A stretch of 64,000 nt of DNA from an uncultured Atopobium sp. (GCA_937921235.1 CALFOQ010000028.1:21849-85848); one strand, 5' to 3'; shown: positions 8,156-16,872, numbered from the stretch's first letter. The notes: generated by a model not told the origin, from the letters alone. Numbers and translations: made by a program.

Positions 8156-9820
8156 ATGATACAAATGCCAAAAACAGGTGGATCTGTTCTGACGGCCGAG
8201 CAGGAAAAAGAGCTGCTAAAGCCTATTGATCAGAAGATTGGTTCCATTCAGGCTCAGATTGATGAGCTTCGCGCAAATGGTACCAACAAAGTAATTTCAA
8301 CACTGAGCGCTATTGAGTCGACAAAGCGCGATAAGTCTATCTCCGCTGAAGAGCGCAACACGCTTATTGAGGGCTACAAAGCTGAACTGGAGCTTGCAAA
8401 GAAGGTTGAGTCCGAGAACAGCGCTCAGGTCTCCAAGCTTATTGCAGAGGCCGAGGCTTATCTCAAGGAGCACTACAAGAACGAGTATCTTGAGCCTGTA
8501 AAGGCTAGCTGTGCTCTTGAGAAGGAGCAGGCTAAGCAGAATTACGCTGTTGCTCTTGAGCGCCTCAAGAAGGAGCACGAAGAGGCTGTCAGCAAGACTT
8601 CTGATGCTCAGGAAATCAAGGACGAGAAGTACGTCTATAAGAACCGTCAGTTTGATGCTAAGGTCAACTATCAGAAGGACCTTCAGCGCATCAAAGACCG
8701 TGCTCATAATGCGTTTAGTCATGAGTATCACCTCATCGACCTTCTCAGGATGTCTAAGTTCACTCCACTGGAGTCTCAGGCTCAGAAGTGGGAGAATTAC
8801 AAGTACACCTTCAACACCCGTTCATTCTTGCTTCAGAACGGTCTGTACATTGTTATTCTCCTGGTATTTATTGCCCTTTGTATCATCACCCCAGCAGTCA
8901 AGGGTACTCAGCTTCTGACATACTCCAACGTCATCAATATTCTTCAGCAGGCATCTCCTCGAATGTTCCTGGCTCTTGGTGTAGCTGGATTGATTCTGCT
9001 TACCGGTACTGACCTGTCTATTGGTCGTATGGTTGGTATGGGCATGACCGCTTCAACCATCATCATGCACCAGGGCATCAATACTGGCCAGGTCTTTGGT
9101 ATCACATTTGATTTTACTGGTGTTCCAATTCCTGTCAGAATCATCATGGCTCTGGTTACTTGTATTGTCCTGTGCACCTGCTTTACCAGTATCGCTGGCT
9201 TCTTTACCGCTAAGTTTAAGATGCACCCATTCATCTCGACCATGGCTAACATGCTGATTATCTTTGGTATTGTTACCTATGCAACAAAGGGTGTTTCGTT
9301 CGGCGCTATTGAGCCATCCATTCCAGACATGGTTATTCCACGAATTGGCAAATTCCCATCCATCATTTTGTGGGCAATCGCAGCTATCGCTATTGTTTGG
9401 TTCATCTGGAACAAGACAACCTTTGGTAAGAACCTCTACGCCGTAGGTGGAAACCCTGAGGCAGCAGCTGTTTCTGGTATTTCAGTCTTTAGAGTTATGG
9501 TTGGCGCCTTTGTTATGGCTGGTATTCTGTATGGATTTGGCTCTTGGCTTGAGGCCATGCGCATGGTTGGCTCTGGTTCCGCAGCTTACGGCCAGGGTTG
9601 GGACATGGACGCAATCGCAGCCTGCGTTGTTGGTGGCGTCTCGTTCACCGGTGGTATTGGTAAGATCTCCGGTGTTACCGTGGGTGTTCTTATCTTCACC
9701 GCACTGACTTATGCACTGACCATTCTTGGTATCGACACCAACCTTCAGTTTGTCTTCTCGGGCGTTATTATCCTGACCGCTGTCACTCTTGACTGCTTGA
9801 AGTACGTCCAGAAGAAGTAG
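8156..9820 (+). CDS. mglC: sugar ABC transporter permease (MglC/RbsC family) with ~225-aa N-terminal K/E-rich extension
   Basis: From about residue 228 the C-terminal ~325 aa are polytopic membrane sequence with the family motif GGNPEAAAVSGI. The N-terminal part has no TM segments and is rich in heptad-like E/K/L sequence. Confidence 0.85.
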   Translation: MIQMPKTGGSVLTAEQEKELLKPIDQKIGSIQAQIDELRANGTNKVISTLSAIESTKRDKSISAEERNTLIEGYKAELELAKKVESENSAQVSKLIAEAEAYLKEHYKNEYLEPVKASCALEKEQAKQNYAVALERLKKEHEEAVSKTSDAQEIKDEKYVYKNRQFDAKVNYQKDLQRIKDRAHNAFSHEYHLIDLLRMSKFTPLESQAQKWENYKYTFNTRSFLLQNGLYIVILLVFIALCIITPAVKGTQLLTYSNVINILQQASPRMFLALGVAGLILLTGTDLSIGRMVGMGMTASTIIMHQGINTGQVFGITFDFTGVPIPVRIIMALVTCIVLCTCFTSIAGFFTAKFKMHPFISTMANMLIIFGIVTYATKGVSFGAIEPSIPDMVIPRIGKFPSIILWAIAAIAIVWFIWNKTTFGKNLYAVGGNPEAAAVSGISVFRVMVGAFVMAGILYGFGSWLEAMRMVGSGSAAYGQGWDMDAIAACVVGGVSFTGGIGKISGVTVGVLIFTALTYALTILGIDTNLQFVFSGVIILTAVTLDCLKYVQKK

Positions 9821-9842
9821 CACACTACTACGTGCAAGTTTC

Positions 9843-9875
9843 GAGGCGTCTACTTACGTAGACGCCTCTTTTTTT
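9843..9875 (+). terminator. rho-independent terminator of the mgl operon
   Basis: Perfect 11-bp stem GAGGCGTCTAC / GTAGACGCCTC with loop TTAC, then TTTTTTT. Confidence 0.85.
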
Positions 9876-9986
9876 CGGCAAAACGGTGCCTGCACGTTAA
9901 GGAAAAGTGGCTTTACGGGAAAATTACAAAGCAGCTGGTAAACTAAGGTATCTCTTCGGACATATGTCCTTTTACGATTTTCGCAC

Positions 9987-10207
9987 CACACCTATGACAG
10001 ATAATCTGCAAAAATTGGCGAGAAAAGCACACCTAAGGCTGATATTCTGCAGATTTAGAGAGAAATAACACACCTATGACAGAAAATATGTTAACTATCG
10101 ACAGATTATTTGACTTTGGTGTGCTCGGGTTTCTCGATGCATGCAGATTATCCAATATAGGTGTGGTCAGGCCTTTCAAAGCCTGCAGATTATCCGACAC
10201 AGGTGTG
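9987..10207. repeat. phased array of six ~24-bp repeats (3 direct + 3 inverted, 41-42-bp period)
   Basis: Forward copies: 9987-10010 CACACCTATGACAGATAATCTGCA, 10028-10051 CACACCTAAGGCTGATATTCTGCA, 10069-10092 CACACCTATGACAGAAAATATGTT. Inverted copies: 10101-10123 ACAGATTATTTGACTTTGGTGTG, 10142-10165 TGCAGATTATCCAATATAGGTGTG, 10184-10207 TGCAGATTATCCGACACAGGTGTG. The array is symmetric about ~10097. Confidence 0.85.
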
Positions 10208-10298
10208 TTTGAAGGGTTAATCGGAGTCCGCTTTCAACAGATGTCCGTCTTAGCTGCGTTTGAAGGTTGTTTTACTGTTGTAGGAAGTCTTTTTGGCA

Positions 10299-10334
10299 TA
10301 AAAAACAAGAGGACCAATCTTCTCGGCCCTCTTG
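10299..10334 (-). terminator. candidate terminator of the galMKT operon
   Basis: On the minus strand, CAAGAGGGCC / GGTCCTCTTG (one mismatch, 9-nt loop) is followed by TTTTTT. It lies ~70 nt downstream of the galT stop. Confidence 0.5.
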
Positions 10335-10403
10335 CTGGGTGATTTATGCGATTGTGACATGCGGTTCGTTGTAAGCTGCGTGTGAACCTTTGGATAGCAG
10401 CGA

Positions 10404-12023
10404 CTACAGAGACTCGAGGAAGCGATGCTGCGCGGCTCTTCCTTCTTCGTCCCATTTGAATACACCGGCGTCTTCAAGTACGTGCGAGAAGACAATGCCA
10501 ACCTCATCATAGATATACTTTTTGAGCTGTTCGGACGAGAGGGAAGCGACATCCTTGCTAGAGCCGTCACCCTGTTCAAGCAACTTAGCGTAAATCTGTC
10601 GCGCCCAGTCAGCATGGGAGATGGTAGTAGAGTCCGTGGTCAGCTGCCCATAGACAGCATTGGCTTTCTTGTCATTTGCCAGACACTGCTCCATAACCGA
10701 CTGCACCTTGTTAAGCTCTGGCACAAGGCGGGGTGGAAGTACGGCAAGGCCCATAACCTCGATGAGGCCGATATTCTCTTTCTTGATGTGATGATATTCG
10801 GCATGAGGATGGAAGATGCCAAGCGGATGCTTTTCGCTAGTAATGTTGCAGCGCAATGCAAGAAAGACCTCGTAGATGCCATCTTCCAGCTTGCGAACAA
10901 CAGGAGTAACCGTGTTGTGAGGCTCGCCATCAGTTTGTGCGTAAACAGAGACGGACTCGTCGGTATAGGAGCGCCATGCAGTGATAATAAACTCCGCAGC
11001 TTTGAGTGCTTCTTCTCGACTGGTGGAGGAGAGGCGGAGGACAGAGAGCGGCCACTTAAGAATTGCGCCCGCTACCTCGGGGAACTGCTTGAGTTCAAAC
11101 TCTTCCGCAACTTCCGCGCGCATCATAGGGAACTCGTAACGTCCGCCCTGGTAGTGATCATGCGAGAGGATCGATCCACCCACAATAGGCAGGTCGGCAT
11201 TAGAGCCAATAAAGTAGTGGGGGAATCTGTCCACAAAGTCAAAGAGATTGACAAGCGCCTCGTGATCAATGTGCATAGGAATGTGATCCGAGTTCATGGC
11301 AATGCAGTGCTCGTTAAAGTACGCGTATGGACTGTACTGGAATCCCCAACGATGCTGGTTGAGCTCAATAGGAATAATGCGCAGGTTTTGCCTAGCAGGA
11401 TGAGCACCTGCGCCAGATGAAGCGCCGCGTCCAGAGTAGCCCTCGTTATCCAGGCAGAGCTGGCATGCGGGGTACTTCTCGCCAGAAGTGTTTTGAGCTG
11501 TTTTAGCTGCTGCAATCTCACGAGGATCTTTTTCTGGCTTGGAGAGGTTGATGGTAATCTCTAAGTCTCCCCAGGTAGTTGGAGTAGTCCACGTGATATT
11601 CCTAGCGATGGCGCTTCTTCTGACATAGCCTGCGTCGCAGCAGAGCGTGTAGAACCAGTCAGTTGCGGCGCGAGGTCCCTCGGTAACGTACAGCTCATTG
11701 AAATGGCGCGCCACCTCGGAAGGCTTTGGCAGCAGAAGACCCATAACACGCATGGCAAAAGAGTCCTCGCCACTCTGGGTGTTCTCGACAAGTCCATGAG
11801 AAACAGCTAGACGAGCAAGCTCGGCCAGCGTCTGATCAAGATTAAACGCCGTCAGGTCAATCTTCTTCCAAGACTTAACAGGAGCTGGACCTTCGTACGA
11901 GAGCATATCCAGCAGAGCGTTATAGCACCAGGTCAGATCCTCAGTTTGAATAAGTCCGCGCTCGCATGCATACGCAACAAGCTGCTGAATGCACAGTGCG
12001 CTTTCGTTATCTGCTACAGCCAT
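10404..12023 (-). CDS. galT: UDP-glucose--hexose-1-phosphate uridylyltransferase (long, type-2 GalT)
   Basis: ~540-aa ORF typical of the Gram-positive GalT family (…HPLGIFHPHAEYHHIKKENIGLIEVMGLAVLPPRL…). Last gene of galM-galK-galT. ATG at 12023 is preferred over the track's TTG at 12032. It overlaps the galK stop. Confidence 0.85.
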   Translation of the reverse strand: MAVADNESALCIQQLVAYACERGLIQTEDLTWCYNALLDMLSYEGPAPVKSWKKIDLTAFNLDQTLAELARLAVSHGLVENTQSGEDSFAMRVMGLLLPKPSEVARHFNELYVTEGPRAATDWFYTLCCDAGYVRRSAIARNITWTTPTTWGDLEITINLSKPEKDPREIAAAKTAQNTSGEKYPACQLCLDNEGYSGRGASSGAGAHPARQNLRIIPIELNQHRWGFQYSPYAYFNEHCIAMNSDHIPMHIDHEALVNLFDFVDRFPHYFIGSNADLPIVGGSILSHDHYQGGRYEFPMMRAEVAEEFELKQFPEVAGAILKWPLSVLRLSSTSREEALKAAEFIITAWRSYTDESVSVYAQTDGEPHNTVTPVVRKLEDGIYEVFLALRCNITSEKHPLGIFHPHAEYHHIKKENIGLIEVMGLAVLPPRLVPELNKVQSVMEQCLANDKKANAVYGQLTTDSTTISHADWARQIYAKLLEQGDGSSKDVASLSSEQLKKYIYDEVGIVFSHVLEDAGVFKWDEEGRAAQHRFLESL

Positions 12024-13225
12024 TGTGCACAAGCTCCCTGGTCAGAGATGGCGTAGTGGCGGCAAGCGCCTTCGCCAAACCACTGGTTCATTTGTGCGAT
12101 AAAGGTCTCGACAAGGGCGAGAGGGACAAAGCACTGGATAGAGCCGCCAAAACCGCCGCCGTGAATGCGAACGGCGCCAGAACCTTTTAAGATGCTCTCG
12201 GCCAAGCCAAGGGCAAGCATAGCCGGCTGATATGAGCCAGAAGTGGAAACGTTCTGCAGGTACATACCGGAACTTGCGCCAGAAGCGTTGGTGAGTGCAA
12301 TAAAGGACTCAATGTCAGAGTTCTGAAGATCTGCCCAGCGTTTGTCTACCAGGTCATTCTCGTACCAGTAGTGAATAGCGCGGAGAAGAGCGCGGTCTCC
12401 AAGATCTTCTCGCAGCTCATTGACGCGAGCTTGGAAGTCTTCAACGGGAACCTCAGAGAGGCGAGTCTTGCCAAAAGCCGCGGCAACTTTCTGCATCTCA
12501 ACAGGTACAGCGGCATACTCATCGGTGAAGGCAACGTGATCGCAACCAACATCAACAAGGCAGAGAGCATAGCCGTAATCCTCAAAGTTGAGGTCCAGCT
12601 TTTCTGCCTTGGGCTCTGCGGGATCTTCAAAGTTCATGAAGGCAAGGCCGCCAAGGCAAACAGCGAGCTGATCCATAAGACCGCACGGCTTACCAAAGTA
12701 AACGTTTTCTGTGTTCTGGCTCATTTGGGCAAGTTTTACAGCAGAAATCTCGCTGCCGCCCTCCCAGAGTGCTTCCATTGCACGGCCAGCCGCTGCCTCA
12801 AACGCAGCAGAGGAAGAAAGTCCGCCACCACCAGGAACATTGCTTACTACCGCCATGTCAAAACCGGATGGCTCAAAACCAAGTTTGACCAGGTTTGCTG
12901 CCATACCGCGAACAATAGCCTTAGTGCTCAGATACTCAGCTTCGGTAGGCTCAAGATTTGTGTAGTCAACCTCAAAAGGATCATATCCCACACTGGCTAC
13001 ACGAATAACGCCCAGGTTGTTAGGGGCGCAAATTGCATCAATAGCAACGTCCAGGGCACCAGCGATGACATGACCGCCCTCGTGGTCTGTGTGGTTTCCT
13101 GCAATCTCGGAGCGACCAGGCGCGTGTACCGCAAGATAGCGGTCAGCTTTTCCAAACATTTGCTCAAAGTGCTCTTTTGCGCGATTGAGTTGAGCTGTGG
13201 TTTTCTCGTCAAACGTGTGAGCCAT
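12014..13225 (-). CDS. galK: galactokinase
   Basis: Galactokinase signature GRSEIAGNHTDHEGG and GHMP-kinase motif PGGGGLSSSAA. ATG is preceded by AAAGGA. Confidence 0.93.
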   Translation of the reverse strand: MAHTFDEKTTAQLNRAKEHFEQMFGKADRYLAVHAPGRSEIAGNHTDHEGGHVIAGALDVAIDAICAPNNLGVIRVASVGYDPFEVDYTNLEPTEAEYLSTKAIVRGMAANLVKLGFEPSGFDMAVVSNVPGGGGLSSSAAFEAAAGRAMEALWEGGSEISAVKLAQMSQNTENVYFGKPCGLMDQLAVCLGGLAFMNFEDPAEPKAEKLDLNFEDYGYALCLVDVGCDHVAFTDEYAAVPVEMQKVAAAFGKTRLSEVPVEDFQARVNELREDLGDRALLRAIHYWYENDLVDKRWADLQNSDIESFIALTNASGASSGMYLQNVSTSGSYQPAMLALGLAESILKGSGAVRIHGGGFGGSIQCFVPLALVETFIAQMNQWFGEGACRHYAISDQGACAQWL

Positions 13226-13265
13226 GGTGTTCCTTTCCCTTTAGTGCCGTGAAGCTACAGGTACC

Positions 13266-14324
13266 TTAAAAGAATCGATAAACAATTTGCGAGCTGTAAG
13301 GCTGCTCAGGTGTGCAGGTAGGCTGAGGCCACTCTGCATGGTGAGCACAATCTGGATAAAACTCGCTCTCAAATGCAAAGCCAGCGTGAGGCTTGTAAAT
13401 AGCGCCGTCTTTTGCGCGAGCCTCATCAATCCAGTTGCCGGTATACAGATGGGCGCCAGGAGCGGTAATTTGAATTTCTAGTGAGCGTCCGCTTTCTGAT
13501 GTGGCGAGAAGAGCGGGGCGTAGCTGGCCATTTTCATAGTTATTAATGGCAAAGCAGTGATCATAACCGCGAGCAATGTTGAGCTGCTTGTTTTCTACAC
13601 TAAGGTCTTTACCAATGGTCTTAGGTGTGCGGAAATCAAAAGGAGTTCCTGCAACAGAGTCAACGGTTCCTGCAGAAACTGAGTCATCTCGTAGAGGCAG
13701 ATATGATTCTGCCTGGATAGTAAGTTGGTGACCAAGAACATCACCAGAATCATGACCGTTGAGGTTAAAGTAGACATGGTTGGTCATGTTTACAAAAGTT
13801 GTAGCATCAGTTGTGCAGGTATACGTAAGATTTAGCGTTGACTGCGCGGCTTCTTCAACAAGCTTATAGGTTGCAGTAATATGACGGTTTCCTGGCAGTC
13901 CATATTCTCCATCTACCAGGTCAATGCTAAAGGTTACCGTATTATGCGCTTCATCAATTTCTGCCTGCCAAATGCGCTTATGGATACCAGCAACTAAATC
14001 AGTGTGCAGGTTATTTTGATTGTCTGGACCGTTGTTTTTAGGAAGGTGATAGACAACTCCATTAAGCAGAATCTCTGCTTTATCTGCGCGATTAGCAGAA
14101 GGTCCAATGGAGGCACCAAAGCAGGCAGGGTTATCTAAATACAAGTCAAACAAGCCGTAGCCAAGAACTACATCTGCTTGCGTTCCATAGATATCTGGTA
14201 CAGAAATGCCAAGAATGGTTGCACCAAAATTACTCAATTTAACTGCTGAATGAGCGCCGCGAATAGTATAGGTAAGCGCAGCAGGGGAGTTAACAAAACT
14301 ATCAAAAGGTCGAACATCAATCAT
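13266..14324 (-). CDS. galM: aldose 1-epimerase (galactose mutarotase)
   Basis: Epimerase-like sequence (…NNLHTDLVAGIHKRIW…, …AGFAFESEFYPDC…). First gene of the gal operon. The start is set at ATG 14324, which has GGAGG 6 nt upstream; the track's GTG at 14345 is less likely. Confidence 0.8.
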   Translation of the reverse strand: MIDVRPFDSFVNSPAALTYTIRGAHSAVKLSNFGATILGISVPDIYGTQADVVLGYGLFDLYLDNPACFGASIGPSANRADKAEILLNGVVYHLPKNNGPDNQNNLHTDLVAGIHKRIWQAEIDEAHNTVTFSIDLVDGEYGLPGNRHITATYKLVEEAAQSTLNLTYTCTTDATTFVNMTNHVYFNLNGHDSGDVLGHQLTIQAESYLPLRDDSVSAGTVDSVAGTPFDFRTPKTIGKDLSVENKQLNIARGYDHCFAINNYENGQLRPALLATSESGRSLEIQITAPGAHLYTGNWIDEARAKDGAIYKPHAGFAFESEFYPDCAHHAEWPQPTCTPEQPYSSQIVYRFF

Positions 14325-14367
14325 CGGATACCTCCGAGATACCACTCATAGTGCATTACCCCTACTA

Positions 14368-14381
14368 TGTTAACGTACTCA
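14368..14381. promoter_or_regulatory. LacI-type operator TGTTAACGTACTCA upstream of galM
   Basis: Identical 14-mer to 5188-5201. It lies 44 nt upstream of the galM start codon in the divergent region. Confidence 0.6.
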
Positions 14382-14555
14382 TAACGAACTAACAGGAAAT
14401 TATTAAATTTTCAGTCAGTGGTATTTTTGCGGGGGCAAACGGTTAGAGCGCAGGTCAAAAGTCCTTCTCGCCGAACGGTTCTTTTTTTACCGTGAGCGTT
14501 TAATTTGCTGATAAATATGCAATTTTATCGCGTTATGTCAATCTGCCTGTTAGTA

Positions 14556-14569
14556 TGAGTACGTAAACA
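14556..14569. promoter_or_regulatory. LacI-type operator TGAGTACGTAAACA upstream of the LacI-family regulator (autoregulation)
   Basis: Its reverse complement TGTTTACGTACTCA differs by one base from the other two sites. It ends 22 nt upstream of the GTG start at 14591. Confidence 0.55.
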
Positions 14570-14590
14570 AGCAGATAATCGGAGGAATTC

Positions 14591-15619
14591 GTGACTCGCT
14601 CGCATAGTTCTAGCTCAAATAAGCGCTCTGTTTCAATGGCTGATGTTGCGCAAGTTGCTGGTGTTTCTCAGCAGACCGTTTCTCGTGTTGCTAATGGCGC
14701 CCAGAACGTCAGCAAGGCCACGCGAGAAAAAGTTCAGGCCGCAATGGAGTCTATGGGCTTTAGGCCAAGCTTTGCAGGTAGATCGCTGAGGTCAGGCTCG
14801 TATCAATCGGTGGGACTTTGCCTGTACGACATTCGCGAGTTTGGTAACTTAGCCACGCTCGATGGCATTGTTTCTGCAGCTCGTGAGCACGAATATGCAA
14901 TTACGATGATTGAGAAAGGCTCCGACGACGGCTTGTGCCTGCAGGACATTTCTCATCGTATGTCCAATCTTCCCGTTGACGGCATGATTATCAGCATGAG
15001 CCTCATGGCATCAGACTTTGAATCATTTGTGCCGCAGCCAGGCCTTGGAACAGTCCTTCTTACCATGCACGAGCATCCTTATTGCACAACCGTTGACTCA
15101 GATCAGTATGGTTGTTCAAAGCTTGTTATTGACCACCTCTATGAGCTTGGTCACCGCAAAATTCGCTTTGTAGCAGGTCCTTCATACTCAATTGACTCGC
15201 AATTTCGCGAGAAGGGCTGGCGAGATGCCATGTCTGAGTATGGTCTGGAAATTGTTGAGCCACTTGCTGGCGATTGGACTGCTAACAGCGGCTATGAAAT
15301 TGGTAAAAAACTGCGAGAAAATCGTGATTTTACTGCGGTGTATGCGGCAAATGACCAGATGGCGCTTGGTGTCATTGCTGCATTTGAAGAGGTAGGGCTC
15401 AGTGTGCCAGAAGATGTCAGCATTGTTGGTGTTGACGACTCTCTTGAAGACTATCTGCCAAACTTCTCGCTGACAACCGTTCGCTTTAACCTGCTGGAGC
15501 GTGGTCGCGTAGCTCTTGAGCATGCAATTCGTGCATCTGAGCCAGGGTATGAGCCCGAGGCAATTAGGATTGCTCCAAAGCTTATTGTTCGTACCACCAC
15601 AGCAATACCACAGAAGTAG
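14591..15619 (+). CDS. LacI-family transcriptional regulator, probable gal/mgl repressor
   Basis: N-terminal HTH VSMADVAQVAGVSQQTVSRVANG and a periplasmic-binding-fold C-terminus. GGAGG lies 5 nt upstream of the GTG start. Divergent from galMKT. Confidence 0.88.
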   Translation: MTRSHSSSSNKRSVSMADVAQVAGVSQQTVSRVANGAQNVSKATREKVQAAMESMGFRPSFAGRSLRSGSYQSVGLCLYDIREFGNLATLDGIVSAAREHEYAITMIEKGSDDGLCLQDISHRMSNLPVDGMIISMSLMASDFESFVPQPGLGTVLLTMHEHPYCTTVDSDQYGCSKLVIDHLYELGHRKIRFVAGPSYSIDSQFREKGWRDAMSEYGLEIVEPLAGDWTANSGYEIGKKLRENRDFTAVYAANDQMALGVIAAFEEVGLSVPEDVSIVGVDDSLEDYLPNFSLTTVRFNLLERGRVALEHAIRASEPGYEPEAIRIAPKLIVRTTTAIPQK

Positions 15620-15695
15620 AGAAGTATCTTAAAAAGTCGGGTTTCTCGCCATAATCAGCTATACTGTTCAGGCAATAGTTGATTAGAGGAGTTGT

Positions 15696-16799
15696 ATGTC
15701 TGAGTCACCAAATAAAGAACTAGGCTGGTCAGTTCAGGTTTCCTTGGATACGCATGAGATTCGTGCAGGAGAGACTGTAACTGCTACTCCTAAGATTATT
15801 GGTGCAGATCCTGAGGGCTTCAAATTTCACTACGTATGGAGCTTGAATGACCGCTGGGATGAGGGTTTTTGGGATACCACAGAGCATCAATTTGGTGATT
15901 CAATTCCTAATACGTCGTGGACATATACCTTCCCAGAGCCTGGTCGCTATCATCTCTACATTGATGCATTTGACACACACAACAACCCTCAGACAGTTAC
16001 TGCCTGGGTAGTTGTTGCTGGCGATGACGATTTTATGCGCCCACCGCTTCCATCTGAAAACGCAGAGACCGTTGTTGCGGTAAACGGCGTTTCAGAGATC
16101 TTTAACATTGCCTCTGAGCAGTTCAACTCTTTGAAAGAGTATTTTATTGCCTTTGCACGCGGCGAGGTAGCCTTTAAGGAGTTCAAGGCTCTTGATGACA
16201 TCTCGTTTGAAGTAAAGCGTGGCGAGGCTTTTGGCCTGGTGGGCACCAACGGCTCTGGTAAGTCTACCATGCTCAAAATCATTGCGGGCGTACTTGAGCC
16301 TTCTAAGGGAACTTGTGAGGTCAAGGGTACTATTGCGCCTCTTATTGAGCTTGGTGCTGGCTTTGACATGGAACTGACTGCTAAAGAGAACATCTACCTT
16401 AACGGTGCTCTTCTTGGTTACAAGAAAGAGTTTATTGATTCGCACTTTGATCAGATTGTAGAGTTTGCTGAGCTTGAGGGCTTTATGGACATGCCACTCA
16501 AGAACTACTCCTCTGGTATGGTGGCACGTATTGCCTTTGCAATTGCAACCGTTACAGAGCCTGACCTGCTCATTGTTGACGAGACGCTTTCGGTAGGAGA
16601 CTTCCTTTTTCAGCAAAAGTGCGAGAATCGCATCAAAGAGCTGGTTGCTTCTAATAACGTTACCGTTCTTCTGGTTTCTCACTCTATTGATCTGGTCCAG
16701 CGCATTTGCGACCGCGCTATTTGGATTGAGAAGGGAAAGCAGCGCATGCTTGGTCCTGTAGACGAAGTTTGTGAAGCTTACGAGCACCTTAAGAGATAA
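15696..16799 (+). CDS. ABC transporter ATP-binding protein of the polysaccharide/teichoic-acid exporter type (TagH/Wzt-like) with N-terminal Ig/PKD-like extension
   Basis: Walker A GTNGSGKST, signature YSSGMVARIAFAIA and Walker B LLIVDETLSVGD are typical of ABC-2 exporter ATPases. The first ~125 aa (…ETVTATPKIIG…FHYVWSLNDRWDEG…GRYHLYIDAFD…VTAWVVVAG) look like a beta-sandwich domain. No permease gene is adjacent. Confidence 0.8.
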   Translation: MSESPNKELGWSVQVSLDTHEIRAGETVTATPKIIGADPEGFKFHYVWSLNDRWDEGFWDTTEHQFGDSIPNTSWTYTFPEPGRYHLYIDAFDTHNNPQTVTAWVVVAGDDDFMRPPLPSENAETVVAVNGVSEIFNIASEQFNSLKEYFIAFARGEVAFKEFKALDDISFEVKRGEAFGLVGTNGSGKSTMLKIIAGVLEPSKGTCEVKGTIAPLIELGAGFDMELTAKENIYLNGALLGYKKEFIDSHFDQIVEFAELEGFMDMPLKNYSSGMVARIAFAIATVTEPDLLIVDETLSVGDFLFQQKCENRIKELVASNNVTVLLVSHSIDLVQRICDRAIWIEKGKQRMLGPVDEVCEAYEHLKR

Positions 16800-16859
16800 T
16801 TAAAATTCCTAACCAAAAGTTAGGGTCTGTACGAGTACAATATGTGTGTCTTTAAATGT

Positions 16860-16872
16860 GGTACGAGATACC
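16860..16872 (+). promoter_or_regulatory. candidate PyrR-binding hairpin in the pyr leader
   Basis: GGTA-CGAGA-TACC, preceded by TTTAAATGT. It resembles the Bacillus PyrR binding loop (AGUC-CAGAGA-GGCU) with changed stem pairs. Confidence 0.4.

Noticed and set aside
9987-10207. Possible CRISPR array, given regularly spaced repeats with dissimilar spacers
   Set aside because: There are only six copies, repeats are 24 bp with 17-18-bp spacers, half the copies are in inverted orientation, and the copies are degenerate. No cas genes or leader are in the window. The geometry is incompatible with CRISPR.
10076-10342. 88-aa plus-strand ORF across the repeat array, plus overlapping minus ORFs 10234-10455 and 10250-10615
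   Set aside because: The internal ACRLS repeats simply mirror the DNA repeats. There is no RBS and no recognisable domain, and the ORFs lie between two terminators of convergent operons.
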